Made by a program: the position numbers and the translations under genes
NCBI GenBank assembly: GCA_963818475.1
Contig: CAWFSF010000006.1
Location: 224,001 to 288,000 of the forward strand
Direction: 5' to 3'
Source: Nitrospirota bacterium
Lineage (GTDB): Bacteria; Nitrospirota; UBA9217
Length of the DNA stretch: 64,000 nt
Shown: in pieces, positions 31,178 through 40,995 of the stretch
Layout of the letters: every line of letters starts with the position of its first letter
Numbering within the stretch: position 1 is the first letter of the stretch
The notes under the pieces: generated by a model
What the model saw: only the letters and a program-made list of their open reading frames with translations
Database searches by the model: none
What the model was told of the DNA's origin: nothing

Positions 31178-32266
31178 TCATGCAACCCGGCCGCCCACCC
31201 TGCTCCAACTGGCCTCCAGAAGGCGCTCCCGCACCATGCGCAGGTAGTCCGCCCGGAATTTCCGCAGCTGATAATCGCGGTAATTGCTCTCCCTGAGATC
31301 GGCCCATGCCTGCAGCTTGTTCGCTTCGTTCCGTTTTCTGGCAGCGGCGATCATCTCGTGCGTTATGACCGCCGGGCGCGTAGTGAGCTTTTCGTATCCG
31401 TAGTAGTCCATAAATTCGCCTGTCAGGGTCTCGATGACGGCGATCTCATCGAGGGACAGTGTCTTCTTGAACTTGTCGATGTTTGCCGGAATGGGAGCTT
31501 TGGCATTGGATTCCCACAGGGAGGACATGACTGAGATCTTCCGGGCCTCTTGAGAGCGGGAGACGTCGAGCATGGCGGGAAAATATTCGATGCCGAAGAA
31601 CGAACAGATCTTCCTGAGCACGGCCTCCTGGCTGGACACGAAGTCCTCGTAGCGGATGGTCAGGACCCTTTTTGGGTACCTGTCCGCAAGCTTTTTGCCC
31701 GCTTCATAGGCATTCACCCAGATCATGGTGTTCAGGAGCGTGTCGAAATCGTGAATGATGGCCTTGTTCATACTGCTGACCTGGGCGCGCGGATCGCGCA
31801 CCACGTTCAGGAACAGGAGGTCGTCGAAAAGCGACATCAGCTCGTCCGCGTTCTGCACGCTGTCCAGCGATTTATCCATGACGACGCGGGCCCCCCGTTT
31901 CGCGCCTGCCTGGAACAGCAGCTCTGCGACCACCCGGTGCACGCTCCGCGGTTCGTCCTTGACGGCGTTTAATATTTCTTCCGGATCGAAGACCACGTCG
32001 GGCCATTTCACCATGCTCACGGTCTGCAGGCCGATGACGTCGACGATCATCTGAAAATATGCCCGGTCGTCGCGCAGATCGCCGTAGAGCTCCATGAGGG
32101 GCATGAAGTCGACGATATGCAGGGGGTAGGGCGCATAGAACTCGGGATTGAAGTTCAGCCTGAGCCGAAGCGCGTGGCTGCCGCATCGCCGGAGCGGGAT
32201 CATCAGCACCGGTCTCGGTCTGTTGCGTGATACGACTTCGCTCTGTTGCACGGTATGGTTCTCCAT
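31178..32266 (-). CDS. PAPS-dependent sulfotransferase (Sulfotransfer_3-like)
   Basis: PLRRCGSHALR (5'-PSB-like), DKS, VVRDPRAQVSS (3'-PB), IRYEDFV. Confidence 0.85.
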   Translation of the reverse strand: MENHTVQQSEVVSRNRPRPVLMIPLRRCGSHALRLRLNFNPEFYAPYPLHIVDFMPLMELYGDLRDDRAYFQMIVDVIGLQTVSMVKWPDVVFDPEEILNAVKDEPRSVHRVVAELLFQAGAKRGARVVMDKSLDSVQNADELMSLFDDLLFLNVVRDPRAQVSSMNKAIIHDFDTLLNTMIWVNAYEAGKKLADRYPKRVLTIRYEDFVSSQEAVLRKICSFFGIEYFPAMLDVSRSQEARKISVMSSLWESNAKAPIPANIDKFKKTLSLDEIAVIETLTGEFMDYYGYEKLTTRPAVITHEMIAAARKRNEANKLQAWADLRESNYRDYQLRKFRADYLRMVRERLLEASWSRVGGRVA

Positions 32267-32377
32267 GATGAACAGTCTCCTTTCACGTTTTCCCAGCAGT
32301 CCTATGCACGAAAACGATCGGTACGTTTCGGCATCAAGTGCGACAAAATATATCACCCTCCCGCTGACAATACTACC

Positions 32378-32425
32378 TGCCTAGATGGGTAGGTACCCGT
32401 ATGGGTAGGTACCCGTATGGGTAGT
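32378..32425. promoter_or_regulatory. Three tandem 16-bp palindromic operators (TACCCGTATGGGTAG)
   Basis: tgcctagatgggtagg-tacccgtatgggtagg-tacccgtatgggtagt in the divergent sulfotransferase/cysQ region. Confidence 0.7.
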
Positions 32426-32490
32426 TACGCACGGTGCAGGAATTGTGTACATTAATGCTAATCATGAACATGATCATGCAGGATCCAGAC

Positions 32491-33255
32491 ATGCTTAAGT
32501 ATCTCGCGGACGCGGAACGCAAGGCTGGGGAGGCGATCCTGGGCGTCTACGGCAGTGCCGTGCAAGCGGAGCTCAAGGCCGACTCAAGCCCGGTGACCGC
32601 GGCGGACCGGCTCTCTCACAAGGTCCTGGTGGATTATCTTGCCCTGACATCCTCCTTTCCGGTCCTGAGCGAAGAGGGGAAGGATGTCCCCTATGAGGTA
32701 CGCAGACACTGGGAAACCTTCTGGCTCCTGGACCCGCTGGACGGGACCAAGGAGTTCATCAGCCGGAACGGAGAGTTCACGGTGAACGCGGCGCTCATCC
32801 GCCGGGGACTGCCGGTCATGGGCGCCATCTACGCACCGGTGAAGGACCTGCTCTATACCGCGATCAAAGGCGGGGGCGCATACCGGACAGCGCATGGCGA
32901 GACCGTCCGGCTCCCCGTCGATCACCGGCGAAAGGGCTGTGTCGTTGCAGGAAGCCGTTCCCACGCGTCCCGGGAGTTCGACGAGTACGTGCAGGCGCTC
33001 CGGGCCAGGCACGACGATCTTGTATTCCTGTCGGCCGGCAGCTCGCTGAAATTCTGTCTCGTGGCCGAAGGGGCCGCCGACCTGTATCCGCGCCTCGGGA
33101 CCACCATGGAATGGGACACCGCCGCGGGCCAGCTGATCGTGGAGGAGGCCGGGGGCCGGGTGGTGGAAGCGGCAAGCGGCAGGCCGCTTCGGTACAACAA
33201 AGCTGATCTGCGGAATCCTCATTTTATCGTCACCGGGAGGGAATGGCATGAATGA
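32491..33255 (+). CDS. cysQ: 3'(2'),5'-bisphosphate nucleotidase CysQ
   Basis: KADSSPVTAAD, LSEE, DPLDGTKEF, SRSH, GSSLKFC, EWDTAAGQ. Start uncertain. Confidence 0.93.
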   Translation: MLKYLADAERKAGEAILGVYGSAVQAELKADSSPVTAADRLSHKVLVDYLALTSSFPVLSEEGKDVPYEVRRHWETFWLLDPLDGTKEFISRNGEFTVNAALIRRGLPVMGAIYAPVKDLLYTAIKGGGAYRTAHGETVRLPVDHRRKGCVVAGSRSHASREFDEYVQALRARHDDLVFLSAGSSLKFCLVAEGAADLYPRLGTTMEWDTAAGQLIVEEAGGRVVEAASGRPLRYNKADLRNPHFIVTGREWHE

Positions 33256-35068
33256 GAAATCACTTATTGCGAAACTCGTGGCGCCTTACGGCGGGAAGCT
33301 GGTGGACCTCTTCGTTCCCGAAGGGGAGCGCGACATCTTCGTGCAGAGGGCGAAACACCTACCCTCCATCCAGATATCCTTTCGGTCGGTTTGCGACCTG
33401 GAACTGATGGCGGTCGGCGCCTTCTCACCCTTGGAGCGGTTCATGGGTGAGAAGGACTATCGTTCCGTGCTTCAGCACATGCGGATGGCCGACGGAACGC
33501 TCATGCCGATTCCCATTACCCTGCCTGCCGACAGTGTTGACGGTCTGACGATCGGCAAGGAGCTGGTGCTGCGAAGCCCGACGAACGAGATGTTGGCCAT
33601 CATGCTTCTGGAGGAGGTGTTTCCCTGGGACCTCGAACAGGAGTGCACCGCAGTGCTCAACACAACCGATTCGAGACACCCGCTGGTATCGGAGATGCAT
33701 ACCTGGGGCAGGCATTACCTGTCCGGGCCGCTGAGGGTACTGAACCTGCCTCGTTACAACGACTTTCCGGACCTGAGAAAGACGCCGGCCGAGGTCCGCA
33801 TGATGCTGGAGGCAATGGGGCGGGACCATGTGGTCGCCTACCAGCCGCGGCATCCCATGCACCGTGCCTACGAGGTCCTTACGAAAGCGGCCGCCGAGGA
33901 GACGGACGGATCGCTACTCATCCACCCCTTCGCCAGCATCACCGGGTACGGCGACCGGGAGCACTTCACGCGGGTGCGGTGCTACAGGACGCTCATCGAA
34001 AACCACTACGATCGCGGCCGGACGCTGATGAACCTCATCCCTCTCGCGGTGCGCATGGCGGGGCTCCGGGCCGGGCTGTGGCACGGCATCATCAACCGGA
34101 ATTACGGCGCCGACCACTTGCTCATCGGCGGCGATTCCCAAGGCCCCGGCAAGGATTCCCGCGGCAGGGCCTTGTACGCCTCCCGCGACGTCCAGGAGTT
34201 CTTTCGGGCACTTGAGAACGAGATCGGCGTACGCATAACCCCCCTTAAAGAAATGGTCTACCTGCCCCGAAAAGACCGGTTCGAAGCTGCCGATACGGTC
34301 GTGCACGGATCGGAAGAATACATCCGCGTATCGGCTGTGAAGGAGATCGAGGAATCCCTGTTCCGGGGTACGCTGCTTCCTGAATGGTTCACTCATCCGG
34401 AGGTGGCGCAGATCCTGTACGAGGCGAACCCGCCGAAGACGCGTCAGGGCTTTTGCGTCTGGCTCACCGGACTGCCGAGTTCGGGGAAGTCGACCATTGC
34501 CGATATCCTCGTGCCCCTGCTCATGGCCGCGGGCAAGAAGGTGACGCTTTTGGACGGAGACGTGGTGAGGACGCACCTGACCAAAGGCCTCGGTTTCAGC
34601 AAAGAGGACCGGATCACGAACATCCTGCGCGTCGGATTTGTTGCGTCCGAAGTGGTGCGGCACGAGGGTGTGGCGGTCTGCGCGCTGATCAGCCCCTTCG
34701 AGGTGGCCCGGGACCAGGTGCGAGCCCTCGTTGATGGGGAGCGGTTCATCGAGGTATTCGTGGACACGCCCGTTGCTGTCTGCGAAGTGCGGGATGTGAA
34801 GGGCATGTACACCATGGCGAAGAACGGCAAGATCAAGGGCTTCACCGGCGTCGACGATGCCTATGAGCCGCCCCGGTCGCCGGAACTCTGCATCGATACC
34901 ATCTCGATCTCGCCGGACCAGTGCGCCCGGATGATCATGACGCACCTGATGGAAAAAGGGTTCCTGCCGACGAACGGCAGGGAGGCGGCGCGGCAGGTCG
35001 TTCGACAGGACCTCGCGCGGACGATGAGCAACCGCCCGGAGAACGTGCAATGGCTGAAGCAGCCATGA
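33248..35068 (+). CDS. Bifunctional sulfate adenylyltransferase / adenylylsulfate kinase (Sat-CysC); Sat motifs degenerate
   Basis: GAFSPLERFM, RNYGADH; kinase WLTGLPSSGKST, LLDGDVVR, RDVKGMY, FTGVDDAYEPP. Confidence 0.88.
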   Translation: MNEKSLIAKLVAPYGGKLVDLFVPEGERDIFVQRAKHLPSIQISFRSVCDLELMAVGAFSPLERFMGEKDYRSVLQHMRMADGTLMPIPITLPADSVDGLTIGKELVLRSPTNEMLAIMLLEEVFPWDLEQECTAVLNTTDSRHPLVSEMHTWGRHYLSGPLRVLNLPRYNDFPDLRKTPAEVRMMLEAMGRDHVVAYQPRHPMHRAYEVLTKAAAEETDGSLLIHPFASITGYGDREHFTRVRCYRTLIENHYDRGRTLMNLIPLAVRMAGLRAGLWHGIINRNYGADHLLIGGDSQGPGKDSRGRALYASRDVQEFFRALENEIGVRITPLKEMVYLPRKDRFEAADTVVHGSEEYIRVSAVKEIEESLFRGTLLPEWFTHPEVAQILYEANPPKTRQGFCVWLTGLPSSGKSTIADILVPLLMAAGKKVTLLDGDVVRTHLTKGLGFSKEDRITNILRVGFVASEVVRHEGVAVCALISPFEVARDQVRALVDGERFIEVFVDTPVAVCEVRDVKGMYTMAKNGKIKGFTGVDDAYEPPRSPELCIDTISISPDQCARMIMTHLMEKGFLPTNGREAARQVVRQDLARTMSNRPENVQWLKQP

Positions 35069-36297
35069 ACGAACAGGACATGACCGCGGCGGAACAGCGG
35101 CCCGCCGGTCCGGTATCGCTGGGATCGCTGTTCCTCACGTTCCTCAAGATCGGGAGCACCGCTTTCGGCGGCTTCATGGCGCTCATATCGGTCGTGCAGA
35201 ACTACGCCGTGGAGCGGAACAAACTGCTCAAACACGAGGACATGCTCGACGGCGTCTCGCTGGCCACGATCCTTCCCGGCCCGATCGCGGTGAACGTGGT
35301 AGCCTACGTGGGATACCGGGTGCGCGGCGCAATGGGCGCCCTGGTGAGCGTGGCGGGGGTGATCCTTCCGTCTTTCCTGCTCCTCGTGGGACTGAGCTAC
35401 GCCTACTTTCAGTTCGGCCAGTTGCCCGCAGTGGGGATGCTCTTCCTGGGGTTCATTCCCGCAGTAGCCGCCATCATTCTGGTGGCGGCATGGAACATGG
35501 GAAAGAAGGCGGTCCAGGGCATCCCTGAGTCGCTCATCGCCCTCACTGCCGCCGGCCTCCTCCTCGGCATCGGCGGTTTTCTGGTTATCCTCGGCATTAT
35601 CGCAGCGAGTGCGCTGGCGGGGTGGATGCTGTTCCGTAAAAGACCGTCCGGGACTGCGGGGAACGAGGCGCAGGCCGCTCGCCGCTCGCCCGAGAAGACG
35701 ACCGGTATCGGCGACCGTTCCCGGCTGCACAGCGCTGCCGCAGTCACCCTGCCGGGCGCTCCGTTCTTGAGCCTCAACGCGGCCGTGCTGGGCCAGCTCC
35801 TCATGACCTTCGGCGGCATGAGCGTACTGCTCTTCGGAGGCGGCTATGTGTTCATCCCGATGATCCAGCATGTCGTCGTGGACGGTTACGGGTGGGTCAC
35901 GCAGCAGGAGTTCATCGACGCCATCGCCCTGGGCCAGGTGACGCCGGGGCCCATCCTCATCAGCGCAGCCTTTATCGGCTACAAAGTGGCAGGCCTGGCC
36001 GGCGCTGTGGCGGCCACCGTCGGCATTTTCACACCGCCCGCGCTGGTTATGATCCTCTGCACAAGGTTCCTGGACCGCATTAACCGTTCGGTGGGCATAA
36101 GGGCGGGTTTGCGCGGCATCCGCCCGGCGGTGATCGGCATGATCGCCGCTGCCGGACTGACGGTGGCGCGAACGGCGCAGGTCAGTGGGGTATCCTTCCT
36201 GATCTTCGGCGCTGCCCTCCTCGCGCTGCTCCGGTTCAAGGTGGAGACCGCATGGATCATTCCCGCGGCAGGGATCGCAGGGTTGCTGCTGTACTGA
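35065..36297 (+). CDS. chrA: Chromate/oxyanion transporter (long-chain CHR family)
   Basis: FLKIGSTAFGG, LPGP, LFGGGY, GQVTPGP. Confidence 0.9.
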   Translation: MNEQDMTAAEQRPAGPVSLGSLFLTFLKIGSTAFGGFMALISVVQNYAVERNKLLKHEDMLDGVSLATILPGPIAVNVVAYVGYRVRGAMGALVSVAGVILPSFLLLVGLSYAYFQFGQLPAVGMLFLGFIPAVAAIILVAAWNMGKKAVQGIPESLIALTAAGLLLGIGGFLVILGIIAASALAGWMLFRKRPSGTAGNEAQAARRSPEKTTGIGDRSRLHSAAAVTLPGAPFLSLNAAVLGQLLMTFGGMSVLLFGGGYVFIPMIQHVVVDGYGWVTQQEFIDAIALGQVTPGPILISAAFIGYKVAGLAGAVAATVGIFTPPALVMILCTRFLDRINRSVGIRAGLRGIRPAVIGMIAAAGLTVARTAQVSGVSFLIFGAALLALLRFKVETAWIIPAAGIAGLLLY

Positions 36298-36634
36298 GCC
36301 GTCCGCTCCGGCGGGAGCGAGCAAATCTCCTTATGCCAATGGCAATAAAAAGGCATGAGGTGTAAGCCGCAATGTACGAACAGGGCTTCCCCGGCCCTCG
36401 CTACAACCACAACTTACTTCTTCGACGGGTCCTCGACAGGCGAAACCGAGAAGAAAAAACCTATCAAACATTTGAATATGTACGATTACGGCATGTCAAA
36501 ACGTTCAAGGCTTTGGAGAATTACTGAACGGCGATTTGGTGACCTTGATGAACCAATAAATCGATCTAGGTAAAAATCGTTAGCTGATGCAGCGCAGGAC
36601 GCAGCGTTCCTGAAGCGGGCAAGAGGAGGTTTCT

Positions 36635-38001
36635 ATGGGCGTCATCATGCAGGCATTCTACTGGGATTGCCCCAGGATCGAGGGGAAAGAATTCGAGTGG
36701 TGGAACCATGTAAAGGGTGAAATTCCCGCATTGCAGTCCGCGGGTTTCACCGCGCTCTGGCTGCCTCCCGCTTCCAAGGCGGCGAACGTCGGCGGCATGT
36801 CGATGGGGTACGACGTCTACGACTACTACGACCTGGGGAAATACCCGCAGAAGGCGGTCAGAAAAATAAACGACAAGGACGAGGTCAGGACCTGGTTCGG
36901 CTCGGAAGAGGACCTGCGGTCCCTGATCAAGACCGCGCACGCAAAGGAGCTGAAGGTCTACGCGGACCTGGTCCTGAACCATAACAACGGCGCGGACGCC
37001 GAAGAGCTCAACCCGATCACGAACAAGACGCGGTGGACGCGCTTCACGCCCCAGAGCAAACTCTTCACCCGCGACTGGACCTGCTTCAACCCCTCGCCGT
37101 ACCGCGAATGCGGACAACGCCGCCTTCGGCGACATGCCCGACCTCTGCCACATCAACCCGCGCGTTTCGACCGGCATCCTCGAACCACGCCAAGTGGATG
37201 ATCGAGGAGATCGGTTTCGACGGCTTCCGCTACGACTTCGTCAAGGGCTTCGGCGCCTGGATCGTCCGGGCGATCCACGACCGGAGCTACACGCGCGGCA
37301 ACAGACCGGTGGAGCTCTTCGGCGTGGGCGAATGCTGGGCCGGCGACGATTACATCGACGGCTGGCTCGATGAGGTCAACAGCTGGGCCGCGCAGCGGGT
37401 CGGCGCGTTCGATTTCCCGCTCCGCTACCGGCTGAAGGAGCTCTGCGATTCCTACGGCTTCAGCCTGCGGCGGCTCGTCGAGGGCGGCGTGCTCATGAAG
37501 GACCGTCCCTTCGAGGCCGTGACCTTCGTGGACAACCACGACTTTCGCGGCGACGACAACCCGGGGATCGTGAACGACAAGATGCTTGCCTACGCCTTCA
37601 TCCTGACCCACGAGGGCTATCCCTGCGTGTTCTGGCAGGACTATTACGCATGGGGCCTTGGTAAGGCAGGAGAGCAGAACGGCATAGCGGCCCTCGTAAG
37701 GGTGCATGAAGACCACGCAGGCGGCGAAACGTCCGTCCTCTACGTCGACGACAACCTCTACGTCATGCAGAGGAACGGCTTCGGAGCGCAGAAGGGATTG
37801 ATCTTTGTCCTGAACAACCGGGGGGATGCATGGAACGGGGCATGGGTCGGGACGCAATGGAAAAACACCCAATTCGTTCCCGTTGCATGGTGCGGACGCG
37901 ATGATGCCCGCATTCCGCAGGTGCAGCAGACCCAGGAGGACGGATCGGGAGAGTTTTCCGCGCCGCCGAGGGGATATGCGGTGTATGTGCCGCGGGAATA
38001 A
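36635..38001 (+). CDS. GH13 alpha-amylase (frameshifted near 37110-37185)
   Basis: MQAFYW, GYDVYDYYDLG, DLVLNH, DGFRYDFVKG, VGECW, FVDNHD. Confidence 0.88.
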
Positions 38002-38142
38002 GAGCAGATCGTTTTTCGATGATTATTGAACGATACGGTCCTAAATCGGCATCCTTTCGGAGCCGTGCGGTTGCTCGTAAGAATTTGGCAGAGGCATTCC
38101 GGCAGGTCCAGGGAAGCCAAGGTGGCCCCAGTACAGTCAACT

Positions 38143-38167
38143 GGTCGACAAGTGACCCTAAATTACC
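38143..38167 (+). repeat. 25-bp direct repeat, left of the S8 gene
   Basis: GGTCGACAAGTGACCCTAAATTACC; 23/25 identical to 40577-40601. Confidence 0.75.
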
Positions 38168-38209
38168 CGAGAGGGAATGACCGTCGGCTTTTCAAAGGAG
38201 GGAAACAAC

Positions 38210-40489
38210 GTGATAAAAAGAAAAACGCGTACGAAAAAAACTGAAGAGTCCTTGCCCGAAATTATCGTCAAGTTTAAAGAGGGAGGAGCGCTGGAGGAAC
38301 AAAGAGGAATGCTCAGGGCCGAGCACCTCTCTCTCGATAGGTTTCATAAGACTATAAAAACGGCAAAAGGTGCCCGGGTTCGGCGGAGTTTTCCGGGAGA
38401 GATCAAATTGCTGCATGAGATGCATGATAAGGCAAGCAGGAATCTCGGCCGCCCCATCCTACATTTGGACCTGTTTGTGCGAGTTCGACTTAGGCAAACC
38501 GTCGATGTTGAGGCGTTCATAAAAGCACTATCGGACGATCCCGAGGCGGAATATGCCTGTTTGGCGGGGGTGCCAGGACCTCCCCCTCAAACGCCGGATT
38601 ACAGCGGTCAACAGGATTATCAGGATCCGGCGCCTGATGGCATTGATGCGTCGTATGCCTGGTTTTTCCCCGGAGGGAACGGCGCCGGCATCCAGGTCTG
38701 CGATTGTGAGTACGGCTTCAATCAAAGTCACGAAGATTTGCCGGCCGTCGTTGTAGTGTCCAACCGGGCCAATGACCTGACGTCGTATGCCGATCACGGC
38801 ACGGCGGTGCTGGGGGAACTGGCCGCGCGATCCGACGGCAAAGGTGTGACCGGCATCGGTCATGGAGCATCATACCTGTTTGCATCCGAGACTGGAGGCC
38901 ACAGAACAGACTGTATAACCGATGCCGTAGCCGCGCTCCTCCCCGGAGACGTCTTGATTTTGGAAATGCAAACAGGGTTGCCCTATAAACCTGCAGAATA
39001 TGACCCCGATGTTCATGCGGCGGTCACTACGGCGGTCGGGTTGGGTATAGTCGTCGTTGCGGCGGCCGGCAACGGTTCCGTTGATCTCACGACAGCGGCA
39101 AATGCAAATGGAAAATATATTTGGGACCCGTCTAGCGCCGATTTCGATGATTCAGGCGCGGTAATCGTCGGAGCTGGCGGTTCGATTACTAATGCCGATC
39201 CCCACTCGAAGCTGTGGTTCTCCAACTACGGGGTCCGCGTAAACTGCCAAGGATGGGGACAAAATGTCGTCACCGCCGGTTACGGCGCCCTATACAATGG
39301 CGGCGCGAACGCAATGTATACGGACTCGTTTAACGGCACGTCGAGCGCTACCCCTATCGTGGCCGGCGCGGTGGCCTGCCTTCAAGGGGCCGCCAGGCAG
39401 GCTTTGGGCATTCCGCTGTCCTCAAGCACTGTTCGCAGCGTAATTTCAGATCCGGCGAACGGCACGCCGCAGGCGAGTTCGACCGCATACCCCGCCACCA
39501 CCTATCCGATCGGACCGTTGCCGGACCTTAGGCGAGCGCTGCGCGCGGCCGGTATTTATCCCGATATTTACTTGCGTGATAACGTCGCCGACACGGGATC
39601 CGAGCCGTATATGGGAGGCGTTCTTTGCTGCAGCCCTGACATTATTTCCCGAAAGGGTCCCGTTGCCGATCCGTCGGCCGATTTCGGTCCGGCTGCATGG
39701 GGAGACGCAAATCTCGGAGAAAACATTGAATTCGGCCAGGACAATTATGTGTATGTCAGAATGCATAACCGGGGCAATGCTCCTGACGACGTAACAATCG
39801 TTGTTTACTGGACGAACGCCAGCGGGTTCATATATCCTGCTACCTGGAACATACTCGGTACGTTAAATGTCAACAACGTGCTGCCGGGAGAACACAGGGT
39901 GGCCGGCCCGATCATTTGGCCGGCCGCGCAAGTCCCGCCGGTAGGGCATTATTGTATGATCGGCGTGGTAAACTCCGTGCGCGACCCGGTCGCTGTCCCC
40001 GGCACATTTGCATCGGTGTCCGAATACCTCGATTTCGTACGAAATCACAACAATATATGCTATCGCAACGCAGACGTCGTGGATGCAGTTCCAGGTGCTC
40101 CAGCGCCGCCCTATACGTTTTTTCTGCGGGGGCTGCCCGACCAAGCCGCGCATTTTCGTCTGGAAATTCGGCACCGGCTTCCCAAAGATGCGCAGGCCGC
40201 GGTAGAAGTCGGAAAGAGTTTGAGGGGATTCGAGCGAATGGAAGAAGTAAGGAAGAAAAATGCGTTGATCCGCTATTTGGCGCCGAAGACGCTCCTGCCG
40301 ATCAAGGAAGGCGTGCCGTTAATCATAGATGAAATACCGCTGAAGATGAAAGAGGAAGTCCCCGTAAAAATATATGTTGAAATGCCGAAGAACGCTCCGC
40401 GTGGAGATTATATGATCTATGCCGACCAGTATCTCCGGGAAAAGCATCTGGGCCGCGTGAATTATATACTTCGGGTAAGAAAAAACTAA
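38210..40489 (+). CDS. S8 subtilisin-like serine peptidase with C-terminal beta-rich domains
   Basis: CDCEYG (Asp), DHGTAV (His), AAAGNG, FNGTSSATP (Ser); GTG start after GGAGGG. Confidence 0.9.
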   Translation: MIKRKTRTKKTEESLPEIIVKFKEGGALEEQRGMLRAEHLSLDRFHKTIKTAKGARVRRSFPGEIKLLHEMHDKASRNLGRPILHLDLFVRVRLRQTVDVEAFIKALSDDPEAEYACLAGVPGPPPQTPDYSGQQDYQDPAPDGIDASYAWFFPGGNGAGIQVCDCEYGFNQSHEDLPAVVVVSNRANDLTSYADHGTAVLGELAARSDGKGVTGIGHGASYLFASETGGHRTDCITDAVAALLPGDVLILEMQTGLPYKPAEYDPDVHAAVTTAVGLGIVVVAAAGNGSVDLTTAANANGKYIWDPSSADFDDSGAVIVGAGGSITNADPHSKLWFSNYGVRVNCQGWGQNVVTAGYGALYNGGANAMYTDSFNGTSSATPIVAGAVACLQGAARQALGIPLSSSTVRSVISDPANGTPQASSTAYPATTYPIGPLPDLRRALRAAGIYPDIYLRDNVADTGSEPYMGGVLCCSPDIISRKGPVADPSADFGPAAWGDANLGENIEFGQDNYVYVRMHNRGNAPDDVTIVVYWTNASGFIYPATWNILGTLNVNNVLPGEHRVAGPIIWPAAQVPPVGHYCMIGVVNSVRDPVAVPGTFASVSEYLDFVRNHNNICYRNADVVDAVPGAPAPPYTFFLRGLPDQAAHFRLEIRHRLPKDAQAAVEVGKSLRGFERMEEVRKKNALIRYLAPKTLLPIKEGVPLIIDEIPLKMKEEVPVKIYVEMPKNAPRGDYMIYADQYLREKHLGRVNYILRVRKN

Positions 40490-40576
40490 ACAGTTATGCG
40501 CCTTCTGGAGGAACCTATAGGTGTCACCTTCCGATACTTGACAAGCATGAGTACGTTTGAGGCAAAAAACATCAAA

Positions 40577-40601
40577 GGTCGAGAAGTGACCCTAAATGAC
40601 C
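40577..40601 (+). repeat. 25-bp direct repeat, right of the S8 gene
   Basis: GGTCGAGAAGTGACCCTAAATGACC. Confidence 0.75.
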
Positions 40602-40616
40602 TCACGATGATTTCTG

Positions 40617-40770
40617 GACGATCATCTCTATATCATGCAGAGGAGAGGCCTCGGCGCACAGAAGGGATTTTGTCATGAACAACCGGGGGGACGCGTGGAA
40701 CGGGACATGGGTAGAGACGCAATGGAAAAACACGAAATTCGTTCCTGCTGCATGGGGTGGCCGCGATGCG
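40617..40770 (+). pseudogene. Degenerate duplicate of the alpha-amylase 3' region
   Basis: Aligns by eye with 37747-37903 (tcatgcagagg, cagaagggatt, aacaaccggggg, gacgcaatggaaaaacac). Confidence 0.8.
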
Positions 40771-40995
40771 GAAACCGCTGCTACGTAATTAGCGCACCGC
40801 CTGGCTGGATCAGTACTTCGATGCGAGCGGAGAAAATAAAACCGCTCAGTTGAAATTCTGGATGCAAGCAGCCGGATGAGGAAGCATAGGGTCAAGATGC
40901 ATATATAAGCTGACATTCAGCATTTAAGAGTTTCAGAATTAAATTCTCCATCGTGAGGGAGTGGCTGAATAAAAGCAAGCGAGAGGTCTAAACTA

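Noticed and set aside
32378-32425. CRISPR array
   Set aside because: Contiguous 16-bp units with no spacers; no CRISPR array seen anywhere in the window.
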